Shown: positions 27,908-36,177 of the stretch, one piece after another
How the letters are laid out: the number at the start of each line of letters is the position of its first letter
Position numbering within the stretch: position 1 is the stretch's first letter
DNA from: an uncultured Subdoligranulum sp.
GTDB lineage: Bacteria; Bacillota; Clostridia; Christensenellales; CAG-314
Direction of reading: 5' to 3'
Assembly: GCA_902496185.1 (NCBI GenBank)
Contig: CABUZX010000003.1
Location: forward strand, 16,849 to 80,848
Length of the DNA: 64,000 bases
Program-made: the position numbers and the translations under genes
The notes under the pieces: model-generated
What the model was told of the DNA's origin: nothing
What the model saw: only the letters and a program-made list of their open reading frames with translations
Databases searched by the model: none

Positions 27908-29740
27908 TTACTTTTTGTCAAGCATTTTTGCGCGGTGTTTCAAGCGTTGCTCGGTATCGAGTATACTTTTACGCAAACGTACGTTTTTGGGCGTAACTTC
28001 CATCAATTCGTCGTCATTTAAAAACTCCATTGCTTCTTCCAAAGAAAATCTCTTTGGATTTTCCAATCGCATAGCGTCGTCGCTACCCGAAGCGCGCATA
28101 TTAGTCTGATGCTTTTTTTTGCAAACGTTGACGGAAATATCTTCCGCTTTGGGGCTCATCCCTACAATCATACCTTCGTAAACGGGAGTACCTGCTCCGA
28201 TAAACAACGTGCCTCTGCCTTGAGCGTTAAACAAACCGTAAGTCACCGCTTCCCCCGTTTCAAAAGCCACGAGACTGCCGGTGTTTCTGCGTTCTATTTC
28301 TCCGCGGTAAGGCTGATACCCCATAAAAATAGTATTGAATACGCCTTCTCCTCGTGTTTCCGTCAAAAATTCACTCTTATAACCGAATAACCCCCTTTCA
28401 GGCACGGCAAATTCCAATCTTATGCGACTGCCGATATTTTCCATCTGCAAAAATTCGCCTTTGCGAGTACCCATTCCGTTAAATACCACTCCCGTTTTGT
28501 CCTCCGGCACGTCGCAAACCAATCTTTCGATAGGTTCCATTTTGACACCGTCCACCGTTTTAAATAAAACTTTGGGTGGACCGACCAAAAACTCATACCC
28601 CTCGCGACGCATAGTTTCAATCAATATGGACAAGTGCATTTCGCCCCTACCGCATACCCTAAAACTGTCGGTACTGTCGGTCGGATAAACTTTTAAGGAA
28701 ACGTCCTTTAACATTTCCTTAAACAGTCTGTCGTGCAAATGGCGAGAAGTAACGAATTCACCCTCTTTGCCAGCAAAAGGACCGTCGTTGACGGAAAACA
28801 GCATTTCTACCGTCGGCTCGGAAATTTTAACAAAAGGCACTGCTTCTACTTTGTCAACCGCGCAAACGGTATCGCCGATTGTAATATCTTCTAACCCGCT
28901 GACGCATACTATATCGCCTGCGTTTGCTTGAGAAACTTCTTTTCTACCCAAACCTTCTATCTGATAAATAGTCTTTATTTTGCCGTTGCGTACTTTGGTA
29001 TTGTCAAAATAATTGCATACGGCAACAGTATCGCTTGCGCAAAGTTTTCCTCGTTCTACCCTACCGATACCTATACGGCCAACGTAATCGTTGTAATCAA
29101 TGGAAGAAATCAACATTTGCATACTGCCTTGGTCGTCTACTTCCTGCGGGGGAAAATGGTTGATGATAGCCTCAAACAACGGAGTTAAATCTTTGCCCGT
29201 CTCTCTAAAATCAAGACTTGCCGTACCGTTTCTACCACTGCAATAAACGATAGGACTGTCAAACTGATCTTCTGTAGCGTTGAGTTCAAGCAAAAGATTT
29301 AAAATCTCGTTTTCTACCTCGTCCAGCCTTGCGTCTGGTCTGTCTATCTTGTTGACAACCAAAATAAGCTTGTGTCCTAATTCTAAAGCTTTTTGCATAA
29401 CGAATCTCGTTTGTGGCATTGGTCCTTCAGATGCGTCCACCAAAATCAATACGCCGTTTACCATTTTTAAAATTCGCTCAACTTCCCCTCCGAAATCGGC
29501 GTGACCGGGAGTGTCTACTATATTGATTTTTACGCCCTTGTAGTAAGCGCTGGTGTTTTTTGCCAAAATGGTAATACCACGCTCCCTTTCAAGGTCGTTG
29601 CTGTCCATAACTCTATCTACAACCTGCTGATTGTCTCTAAATATACCGCCCTGTTTGAGCATTTCGTTTACCAACGTCGTTTTGCCGTGATCAACGTGAG
29701 CAATAATAGCTACGTTGCGCAAATCCTTTCTTGTCTGCAT
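27908..29740 (-). CDS. typA: Translational GTPase TypA/BipA
   Basis: RNVAIIAHVDHGKTTLV, DTPGHADFGGEV and NKIDR. The start is at MQTRK, after GGAGAA. Confidence 0.95.
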   Translation of the reverse strand: MQTRKDLRNVAIIAHVDHGKTTLVNEMLKQGGIFRDNQQVVDRVMDSNDLERERGITILAKNTSAYYKGVKINIVDTPGHADFGGEVERILKMVNGVLILVDASEGPMPQTRFVMQKALELGHKLILVVNKIDRPDARLDEVENEILNLLLELNATEDQFDSPIVYCSGRNGTASLDFRETGKDLTPLFEAIINHFPPQEVDDQGSMQMLISSIDYNDYVGRIGIGRVERGKLCASDTVAVCNYFDNTKVRNGKIKTIYQIEGLGRKEVSQANAGDIVCVSGLEDITIGDTVCAVDKVEAVPFVKISEPTVEMLFSVNDGPFAGKEGEFVTSRHLHDRLFKEMLKDVSLKVYPTDSTDSFRVCGRGEMHLSILIETMRREGYEFLVGPPKVLFKTVDGVKMEPIERLVCDVPEDKTGVVFNGMGTRKGEFLQMENIGSRIRLEFAVPERGLFGYKSEFLTETRGEGVFNTIFMGYQPYRGEIERRNTGSLVAFETGEAVTYGLFNAQGRGTLFIGAGTPVYEGMIVGMSPKAEDISVNVCKKKHQTNMRASGSDDAMRLENPKRFSLEEAMEFLNDDELMEVTPKNVRLRKSILDTEQRLKHRAKMLDKK

Positions 29741-30055
29741 ATAAATCATTTTCTCCAAAATTTTACACTTAACAATATTTCAAAAATAAAAATTTGTCAA
29801 CCGTATTCAATACAATTTTCGACCTTTTTTTAAAATTTTTTTTAAAATAATTGACAAAATGTATAATTATAAATTATTTACATCAAAACGGGACTTTATA
29901 TGCAGTTTTAATTAAAATTATACACAAAATAATTTTTTATGCAATAATTTTAAAAAATGTATGGACAAAATCGAAAGTCTATTATATAATTTTTATATAC
30001 GTCGGTTTTAACAACAATGTTACTATATTTTCGACAAAAAACTTGGAGGATTTTT

Positions 30056-31849
30056 ATGGCACAAAAGGTACTTATGACAGGCAATGAAGCTATTGCCCGT
30101 GGCGCGTGGGAAGCAGGCGTTAGATTTGCAGCCGCATATCCCGGCACGCCCAGCACGGAAATCTTGGAAAATCTCGCTACCTACAACGACATTGACGCCC
30201 AATGGTCACCAAACGAAAAGGTCGCTCTCGAAGCGGCATTTGGCGCGTCCGTCGCAGGCGGAAGAGCATTTGCAAGTATGAAACACGTTGGCCTCAACGT
30301 TGCGGCAGACCCGTTTTTTACAATTGCTTATTCTGGTTCTAACGCAGGATTAGTTATCGTTACCGCAGACGAGCCTGGTCAACACTCTTCGCAAAACGAA
30401 CAGGACAACCGCAACTTTGCTCGTCACGCTAAAGTCCCTATGCTCGAACCTGCCGACAGTCAGGAATGCAAAGATATGGTTAAGCTTGCTTTTGAAATGT
30501 CGGAGCAATACGATTGCCCCGTACTTGTTAGAGTAACTACCCGCGTATGCCACAGCAAGGGCTTGGTTGAACTGTGCGACAGAGTAGAAAAACCCATTGT
30601 CCCCTACGTCAAAGATTCTAAAAAATACGTTGACGTACCGGCAAACGCCCGCATCCGTAGAATAGAAGTGGAAAAACACATGGATGCATTAAAAGTTTTC
30701 AGCAACGAAACGCAACTCAACTCCGTTGAAGACTACGGCAAGGAAATTGGCGTAATTACAAGCGGTATGTGCTATAACTACGCTAAGGAAGTTTTTGAAA
30801 ACAATGCAAATTATCTCAAAATAGCATTTTCTTATCCTTTGCCAATGGAAAAAATCGCAAACTTCTGCAAAGGTCTCAAAAAAGTTTACGTTATTGAAGA
30901 AAACGACGAATTTATTGAAGAAGCAGTAAAAATCGCCGGTTTTGGCAACGTTTGCTACGGCAAATATACACCAGATGGTCAACGCTATTTGCCTTTCTGT
31001 GGCGAGTTGACGGCTGACGTTATCCGCCAAGTCGTCTCTGGTGAAAAATTTGTACCGGCAGACTTTGATAGAACAAAAATCGTCGCTCGTCCCCCTGCTC
31101 TTTGCGCAGGTTGCCCGCATAGAGGTTTCTTTTACGAAGTAGGCAAACGCAAGGACGTAGTAGTTAGCGGTGATATCGGTTGCTACACTTTGGCTTTTGC
31201 CTCCCCCTACAACGCCATGGACTTTAACTGCTGTATGGGCGCAAGCATAAGTAGCGGAAACGGCGCGCAAAAAATATTTAACCAAATCCCCGAAAACAAA
31301 AAAAGAGTTGTCAGCGTTTTGGGCGACAGTACTTTCTTCCATAGTGGTATTACCAGCTTGTTAGACGTCGTTTACAACAAGGGCAATAATATTACCGTTA
31401 TTTTAGACAACCGTATTACAGGCATGACGGGACACCAACAAAACCCCGGTACGGGATTTACGGCTCAAGGCGCAGAAACGGTAGTCGTAGATATTGAAGC
31501 TATCGTAAAAGCTTGCGGTATCAAAAATATTAGAGTAATTAACCCCAACGACCTCAAAGCAGTAAACGAAGCTCTCGATTGGGCTCTTGCAAGTCAAGAA
31601 GCAAGCGTAATTATTACGAAATATCCTTGCGTTCTCAAAAAGTTTAGCAATCTTGACAAAACACAATATCCTGACGCATTTAAGCAAAAATGCACGATAG
31701 ATTCCGATAAATGCGTGGGTTGCAAGCTCTGCCTCAAATGCGGATGCCCCGCTATCTCCGTGGTAAACAAAAAAGCAACTATAGACAGCACGCTATGCGT
31801 AGGTTGCACGGTGTGCAAACAAATTTGCCCGACAAAGGCAATTATGTAA
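30056..31849 (+). CDS. iorA: Indolepyruvate:ferredoxin oxidoreductase alpha subunit
   Basis: The start at MAQKVLMTGNEAIARGAWEAGV follows GGAGGA. It has a TPP-enzyme body and two C-terminal ferredoxin motifs, CVGCKLCLKCGCP and CVGCTVCKQICP. Confidence 0.9.
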   Translation: MAQKVLMTGNEAIARGAWEAGVRFAAAYPGTPSTEILENLATYNDIDAQWSPNEKVALEAAFGASVAGGRAFASMKHVGLNVAADPFFTIAYSGSNAGLVIVTADEPGQHSSQNEQDNRNFARHAKVPMLEPADSQECKDMVKLAFEMSEQYDCPVLVRVTTRVCHSKGLVELCDRVEKPIVPYVKDSKKYVDVPANARIRRIEVEKHMDALKVFSNETQLNSVEDYGKEIGVITSGMCYNYAKEVFENNANYLKIAFSYPLPMEKIANFCKGLKKVYVIEENDEFIEEAVKIAGFGNVCYGKYTPDGQRYLPFCGELTADVIRQVVSGEKFVPADFDRTKIVARPPALCAGCPHRGFFYEVGKRKDVVVSGDIGCYTLAFASPYNAMDFNCCMGASISSGNGAQKIFNQIPENKKRVVSVLGDSTFFHSGITSLLDVVYNKGNNITVILDNRITGMTGHQQNPGTGFTAQGAETVVVDIEAIVKACGIKNIRVINPNDLKAVNEALDWALASQEASVIITKYPCVLKKFSNLDKTQYPDAFKQKCTIDSDKCVGCKLCLKCGCPAISVVNKKATIDSTLCVGCTVCKQICPTKAIM

Positions 31850-31864
31850 AGGAGGGATAAACAA

Positions 31865-32440
31865 ATGACTAAAAATATTCTTTTGGTTGGCGTAGGCGGT
31901 CAAGGAACTATCCTTGCAAGCAAAATTTTGAGTATAGGTTTGACAACTGACGATTATGACGTCAAAATGAGTGAAATTCACGGTATGAGTCAACGTGGCG
32001 GTAGCGTAACGTCTCACATCCGCTATTCTAAAGACAAGGTTTATTCCCCCGTTGTAGAATTGGGCAAAGCAGACCTTATAGTAGCTTTTGAAAAAATGGA
32101 AGCTCTTCGCTATCTTGATTATCTTAAACCCAACGGCAAAATCGTAGTAAACGATTGCGAAATCCCAGGCACCCCTATCACCAACGGCTTGTGTGAATAT
32201 CCTCAAAATATTTTGGAAGAACTTAAGGCTCACGCAGACGTTACCGTATTTGACGCCAACAAAGAGGCGGAAAAACTCGGCAATCCCAAAGTTGCAAATA
32301 TAATTTTGTTGGGTTCACTTATAGGGCAAATGAACCTTACCAATATTGACTGGGACACCATATTGCAACAAAACGTAAAACCACAATTTGTAGAAGTCAA
32401 TAAACAGGCGCTCAAAGTCGGTATTGAATTGGCAAAATAA
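31865..32440 (+). CDS. iorB: Indolepyruvate:ferredoxin oxidoreductase beta subunit
   Basis: ILLVGVGGQGTILASKIL, 191 aa, directly downstream of iorA. Confidence 0.85.
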   Translation: MTKNILLVGVGGQGTILASKILSIGLTTDDYDVKMSEIHGMSQRGGSVTSHIRYSKDKVYSPVVELGKADLIVAFEKMEALRYLDYLKPNGKIVVNDCEIPGTPITNGLCEYPQNILEELKAHADVTVFDANKEAEKLGNPKVANIILLGSLIGQMNLTNIDWDTILQQNVKPQFVEVNKQALKVGIELAK

Positions 32441-32454
32441 TTTTAAACAAATTT

Positions 32455-32486
32455 AAAGAGCAAACTGAAAAGTTTGCTCTTTTTTT
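32455..32486 (+). terminator. Intrinsic terminator after iorB
   Basis: Hairpin AGAGCAAACT-gaaa-AGTTTGCTCT, followed by TTTTTT. Confidence 0.9.
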
Positions 32487-32520
32487 ACGGTAAAATCTTG
32501 ATCATTTTTATTTATTCGTT

Positions 32521-33078
32521 TTAATAGGGTTCAATAGGTGATTGGTATTGTCTTACGTCAATTTGCTCTTGTTGCGCCTTTTTTTCCACAAAAATAGAAA
32601 TAAATTCAAATATAGTAAGGCCCACAAAAATCAAGCCGAAAACAACAGCCAAAATCGGTGTGCCTCCTGCATCTATCATCAAGACAGTAAAAAATCCCGT
32701 CCATAATAAACCAAGCATACTCAAAATTCTTAAAATCAACGACACAACAAAAAGTCCTCGAGCAATAGTCGGCTCTTGCCCTGCTTGTGCTTTTGAGCAA
32801 ACTTTTAACAAAATGCTCCCAAAAACTATTTTATATAATGAAAACAATGCCCATAAAGAAAACCCAAATATAATGAACGGCAAAAGAACGATAACAGAAA
32901 TAGCAAAACCTAATCCTTCGTTTTGCCCGTCAGAATTGTCCACTCCATCACCAATAACACCGGTATTAAAACAACTAAAAAAAACTAATATCAGCAAAGC
33001 CAACAATGCAACGCTAACAAAATTGACGATACCTGCTTTTTTTGTACTTTTTAAATTATAAATAGAATTTTCTTGCAT
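32521..33078 (-). CDS. Hypothetical polytopic membrane protein (185 aa)
   Basis: Four or five hydrophobic segments. I recognise no family. Confidence 0.6.
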   Translation of the reverse strand: MQENSIYNLKSTKKAGIVNFVSVALLALLILVFFSCFNTGVIGDGVDNSDGQNEGLGFAISVIVLLPFIIFGFSLWALFSLYKIVFGSILLKVCSKAQAGQEPTIARGLFVVSLILRILSMLGLLWTGFFTVLMIDAGGTPILAVVFGLIFVGLTIFEFISIFVEKKAQQEQIDVRQYQSPIEPY

Positions 33079-33274
33079 AAAAACTCCTTTTTTTAGTTAG
33101 TTTGTAATTTAGCAAATTTTATTCTTGCGCAAAAAGTATATCATATCTTTGTTTGTTTGCAACAATTTTTTGTCTTCGATTACTTGCCTATTTGAAAGAA
33201 CATATAATCGTAAAATACAAAAATTAATTAAAATATTTTATTCAAAAAAGCACTTGCGTAATACAAGTGCTTTT

Positions 33275-33349
33275 TGGCACCTCCAAGGGGACTCGAACCC
33301 CTGATTCCGCCGTGAGAGGGCGGCGTCCTGACCGCTAGACTATGGAGGC
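33275..33349 (-). tRNA. tRNA-Glu (anticodon CTC), CCA encoded
   Basis: The reverse complement is GCCTCCATAGTCTAGCGGTCAGGACGCCGCCCTCTCACGGCGG...GGAGGTGCCA. The anticodon loop is CTCTCAC. A hairpin (GCACTTG/CAAGTGC plus a T-run) follows at 33244-33274. Confidence 0.93.
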
Positions 33350-33369
33350 AAATATTTTGTTGCCTTAAG

Positions 33370-33398
33370 ACTATATCACAAAATCAAAAAGATAGCAA
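33370..33398 (-). promoter_or_regulatory. Promoter TTGCTA-17-TATAGT (TGn extended) for tRNA-Glu
   Basis: Read on the minus strand. The -10 ends about 20 nt before the tRNA 5' end. Confidence 0.55.
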
Positions 33399-33484
33399 GT
33401 TTTTAAAGCAAATTTTTTTGTTGTATCGGCAAAAGTTTTTTGCGTTGACCTACCGACACAAAACTATGGTTGTTGACTAAAATT

Positions 33485-34264
33485 TTAATACAAACTTGCT
33501 TTTTCCAACAAATTTTGAATTTTTACGCAACTATCGTTGTTTACGTTATTTACAATCAAGGTATTATTAAAACCTATCCAAAGTTGCCTGATAAGTTTTT
33601 CGTTTTTATCAAGAATAGCGTCGTGAAGCGCGTTTGCAAGAGAAATGCACTCATTTTTTTGTATAAGCGAAACCGACGCGTCGTTTTCTACCTTAAAGCA
33701 AAAAGACTCTAGTTCAAAAACTATTTTTTTATACAAATCAACAGGTACTTGTTGCGACGTGGGTTTGTTGACGTTTGAAACGGAAACTTCCTGCGGTTTT
33801 GGCGTATCGTCAACAAAAACCGACGCCCCGTTTGCGCGCAAAATACTTTCGCCCGCCTTGCCAAAGGGAATCAATATGTTTTGAACAAAACGCTGATACG
33901 CAACAAAATCGTCACTCTCGGGATTTGGATAATACTCATGCAAAAAATGCAACAAATTTCTCCTACCTGCGTCAATTTCTGAAAGGAGACACACTACCAA
34001 CGTAAAAGCGCGGTTTTTATCGTTGGGCAAAACAAATTTGAGATGAGTTTTGCCGTCTTTAAAATAAAATACGCGACTACGCTCAAATTCTTCCACGTAA
34101 GAAATTCTCTCAAGCGTTTGCCCCACCACCGACGTAAATTCTGGCGTAGAGGCAATACATTTGAGCAACATACTTATTGCTTTGTCCGCCAACAAAAGGT
34201 GACAATTGATAAGATTGTTTAATCTTTCGTTAAAATATTCTATCGAATTGGGTTTTGATGCCAT
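33485..34264 (-). CDS. Hypothetical protein (259 aa)
   Basis: The start at MASKPNS follows GGAGGGG. I recognise no family. Confidence 0.6.
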   Translation of the reverse strand: MASKPNSIEYFNERLNNLINCHLLLADKAISMLLKCIASTPEFTSVVGQTLERISYVEEFERSRVFYFKDGKTHLKFVLPNDKNRAFTLVVCLLSEIDAGRRNLLHFLHEYYPNPESDDFVAYQRFVQNILIPFGKAGESILRANGASVFVDDTPKPQEVSVSNVNKPTSQQVPVDLYKKIVFELESFCFKVENDASVSLIQKNECISLANALHDAILDKNEKLIRQLWIGFNNTLIVNNVNNDSCVKIQNLLEKASLY

Positions 34265-34516
34265 AAAGAGCCCCTCCAAAGCTTATTTTAGCACAAATTT
34301 TAAATATAAACAATAAAATAAATAAAAATAGCAAAAAAAATAGTCAAAAAGTATCAAAAAAAATAAAAATCGTTAAAATTTTCAATAAAAAAATAAACTT
34401 TGCTAAAATAAGTTGTCATATTTAAAACTTTGTATTAAAATATAGATGTTATGGTGGCTTGTCGTCGATTGCTTTAATTTGGGCAACGTCGACAAATTTT
34501 TAACCCTTTAGGGAGA

Positions 34517-35071
34517 TTGGATTTGGCTGGTTTTACTTTGGACAGTACACAAAACAAACTGCTATTGCTTTTTGTATTTGACAAGATGGAGATGCCCCTC
34601 ACGGAGGAATCTCTGTCTGATTTGTGTTGCAATTCAAACAATTGGCTTGATTATCTCAACTTTAAACTTGCCTTGGGGCAACTAATTGACGCTAACTTTG
34701 TTTACCGTACTAACACCAATACTACAAATGCTCCTCTCTACACCATTACTCCGGAGGGTCGCGTGTGTTTAGCACACTTTTTTGTAAAACTTCCCTCTAG
34801 CTTGCGTGAAATCATAAGCAACTGCGTCAAAATCAATAGGCTCAATTACCGTCGAAAACAAGAATATTTCAGCGATTATCACAAAAACGCTGACGGCACT
34901 TACGACGTTATATTAAAAATTCTTGAGCCCACTCAACAACAATCCACGCTGGAAATTAAAATCAACGTACCTACCCGTAACAACGCCAACTATATTTACT
35001 TACAGTGGAAAGACAAGGCGTCAAACGTGTTTCAATTGATTTACGACTACTTGCTTACTGACGATAAATAG
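34517..35071 (+). CDS. Hypothetical protein, possibly a DUF4364/PadR-like winged-helix protein
   Basis: About 180 aa. The N-terminal pattern (QNKLLLLFVFDKMEMPLTEESLSDL...LALGQLIDANFVY) resembles DUF4364 proteins of Clostridia from memory only. The start codon is uncertain (TTG 34517 or 34523). Confidence 0.45.
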   Translation: MDLAGFTLDSTQNKLLLLFVFDKMEMPLTEESLSDLCCNSNNWLDYLNFKLALGQLIDANFVYRTNTNTTNAPLYTITPEGRVCLAHFFVKLPSSLREIISNCVKINRLNYRRKQEYFSDYHKNADGTYDVILKILEPTQQQSTLEIKINVPTRNNANYIYLQWKDKASNVFQLIYDYLLTDDK

Positions 35072-35098
35072 TTTTTTAAAAAAAATTTATTCAAACGT

Positions 35099-35127
35099 TT
35101 GACCTTTTTTAAACTTTGATATATACT
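35099..35127 (+). promoter_or_regulatory. Promoter TTGACC-17-TATACT for tRNA-Leu(GAG)
   Basis: The -35 is at 35099-35104 and the -10 at 35122-35127, 15 nt before the tRNA 5' end. Confidence 0.55.
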
Positions 35128-35142
35128 TTTATAGTATCACTT

Positions 35143-35225
35143 GCGAAGGTGGCGGAACAGGCAGACGCGTACGTTTGAGGGGCGTATGTTTAGACGTGAG
35201 GGTTCAAGTCCCTTCCTTCGCACCA
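35143..35225 (+). tRNA. tRNA-Leu (anticodon GAG), CCA encoded
   Basis: Acceptor GCGAAGG/CCTTCGC, anticodon loop TTGAGGG, long variable arm, T-loop TTCAAGT. Confidence 0.93.
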
Positions 35226-35226
35226 C

Positions 35227-35262
35227 AAAAATGACAGATTTCTTTCGAAATCTGTCATTTTT
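35227..35262 (+). terminator. Intrinsic terminator after tRNA-Leu(GAG)
   Basis: Hairpin AAATGACAGATTTC-tttc-GAAATCTGTCATTT, followed by a T-run. Confidence 0.9.
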
Positions 35263-35359
35263 ATTAAATCCACATTGGTCTATAACTGAGTAACAGCAAC
35301 ACGTATTTCATAGTGGGCTTTCCGCTAAAAATCAACTATAAATTGAAAAAATGCCTCTT

Positions 35360-35740
35360 TTAAATAACGGAGCTTTCTCTATTGAATCTTTCTACTGCTT
35401 GCTGATAGCGGTTGGAAAGCTTTAATAAATACGCTTGTTTTTGATGCTCCGACATTTGTTGCAAAGCTTTTTTGTCCGTAAGCATAGCTATAGGATTGGT
35501 GATTACCTCGTTGGTAGAAAGCATTTGTTTAACTCTCAAATAAAATTGCTCGTCGCTTTCGAAGTTGGTGTTGTAAATTCTATCGCGAAGTTCTTGTTTT
35601 TGTTTGACGAGCAAGCTTTGCGTATTTACTCCGCCCTGCTCCATTTGTTTAAACTCGTTTCGTTCAAGAATAATTTCGCCCCAAAAATTATTTCTTAATC
35701 TTTGCTTGGCTTGTCTTGCGTAGGTTTTGAATGATGACAT
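35360..35740 (-). CDS. Hypothetical protein (126 aa)
   Basis: SD AAGGGGGA. Helical and charged. I recognise no family. Confidence 0.55.
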   Translation of the reverse strand: MSSFKTYARQAKQRLRNNFWGEIILERNEFKQMEQGGVNTQSLLVKQKQELRDRIYNTNFESDEQFYLRVKQMLSTNEVITNPIAMLTDKKALQQMSEHQKQAYLLKLSNRYQQAVERFNRESSVI

Positions 35741-35858
35741 TTTTTATCCCCCTTTTTTTTGTCCATTGATTTTGTTTGCGCTTTTGCAAAAATTAAATAA
35801 AAAAATCTGCCGAGAATAATTTCGACAGATTTTCTTTTGTACAAAATTTGATTAAATT

Positions 35859-36038
35859 TTAGCCACGTGAACCACGTTTGCGAGCTGCTTCCGCCTTCTT
35901 TTTGCGACGAACGGAGGGCTTTTCATAAAATTCCTTCTTTTTAAGGTCACCGATAATACCGTCACGCGCGCACTTACGCTTAAAGCGACGCAACGCATTA
36001 TCCAACGTTTCGTTGTCGCCTACTCTGACTGTTGACAT
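35859..36038 (-). CDS. rpsU: 30S ribosomal protein S21
   Basis: It is below the ORF-track cutoff. Reverse translation gives [59 protein letters not shown]. It has SD AAGGGGG and an upstream TTGACA-17-TACAAT (36084-36112). A terminator lies at 35796-35832. Confidence 0.95.
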   Translation of the reverse strand: MSTVRVGDNETLDNALRRFKRKCARDGIIGDLKKKEFYEKPSVRRKKKAEAARKRGSRG

Positions 36039-36177
36039 AACTAAATTCGCCCCCTTTCCGCAACGCGGTTTTATTGTAATAGTATTGTATTAAACAACAT
36101 TTATTTTGTCAAGCAAAAGAAACAAAAAAAAATTTATTTTAATTAACTCTATTTTTGTGTTTTGCCGTACTTGTTTT

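Noticed and set aside
29759-30055. A roughly 300-nt AT-rich region upstream of iorA, considered as a possible riboswitch or T-box leader.
   Set aside because: I could find no T-box specifier or T-box sequence, no conserved riboswitch core and no terminator/antiterminator pair. There is only a plausible TGGACA-17-TATAAT promoter at 29962-29990.
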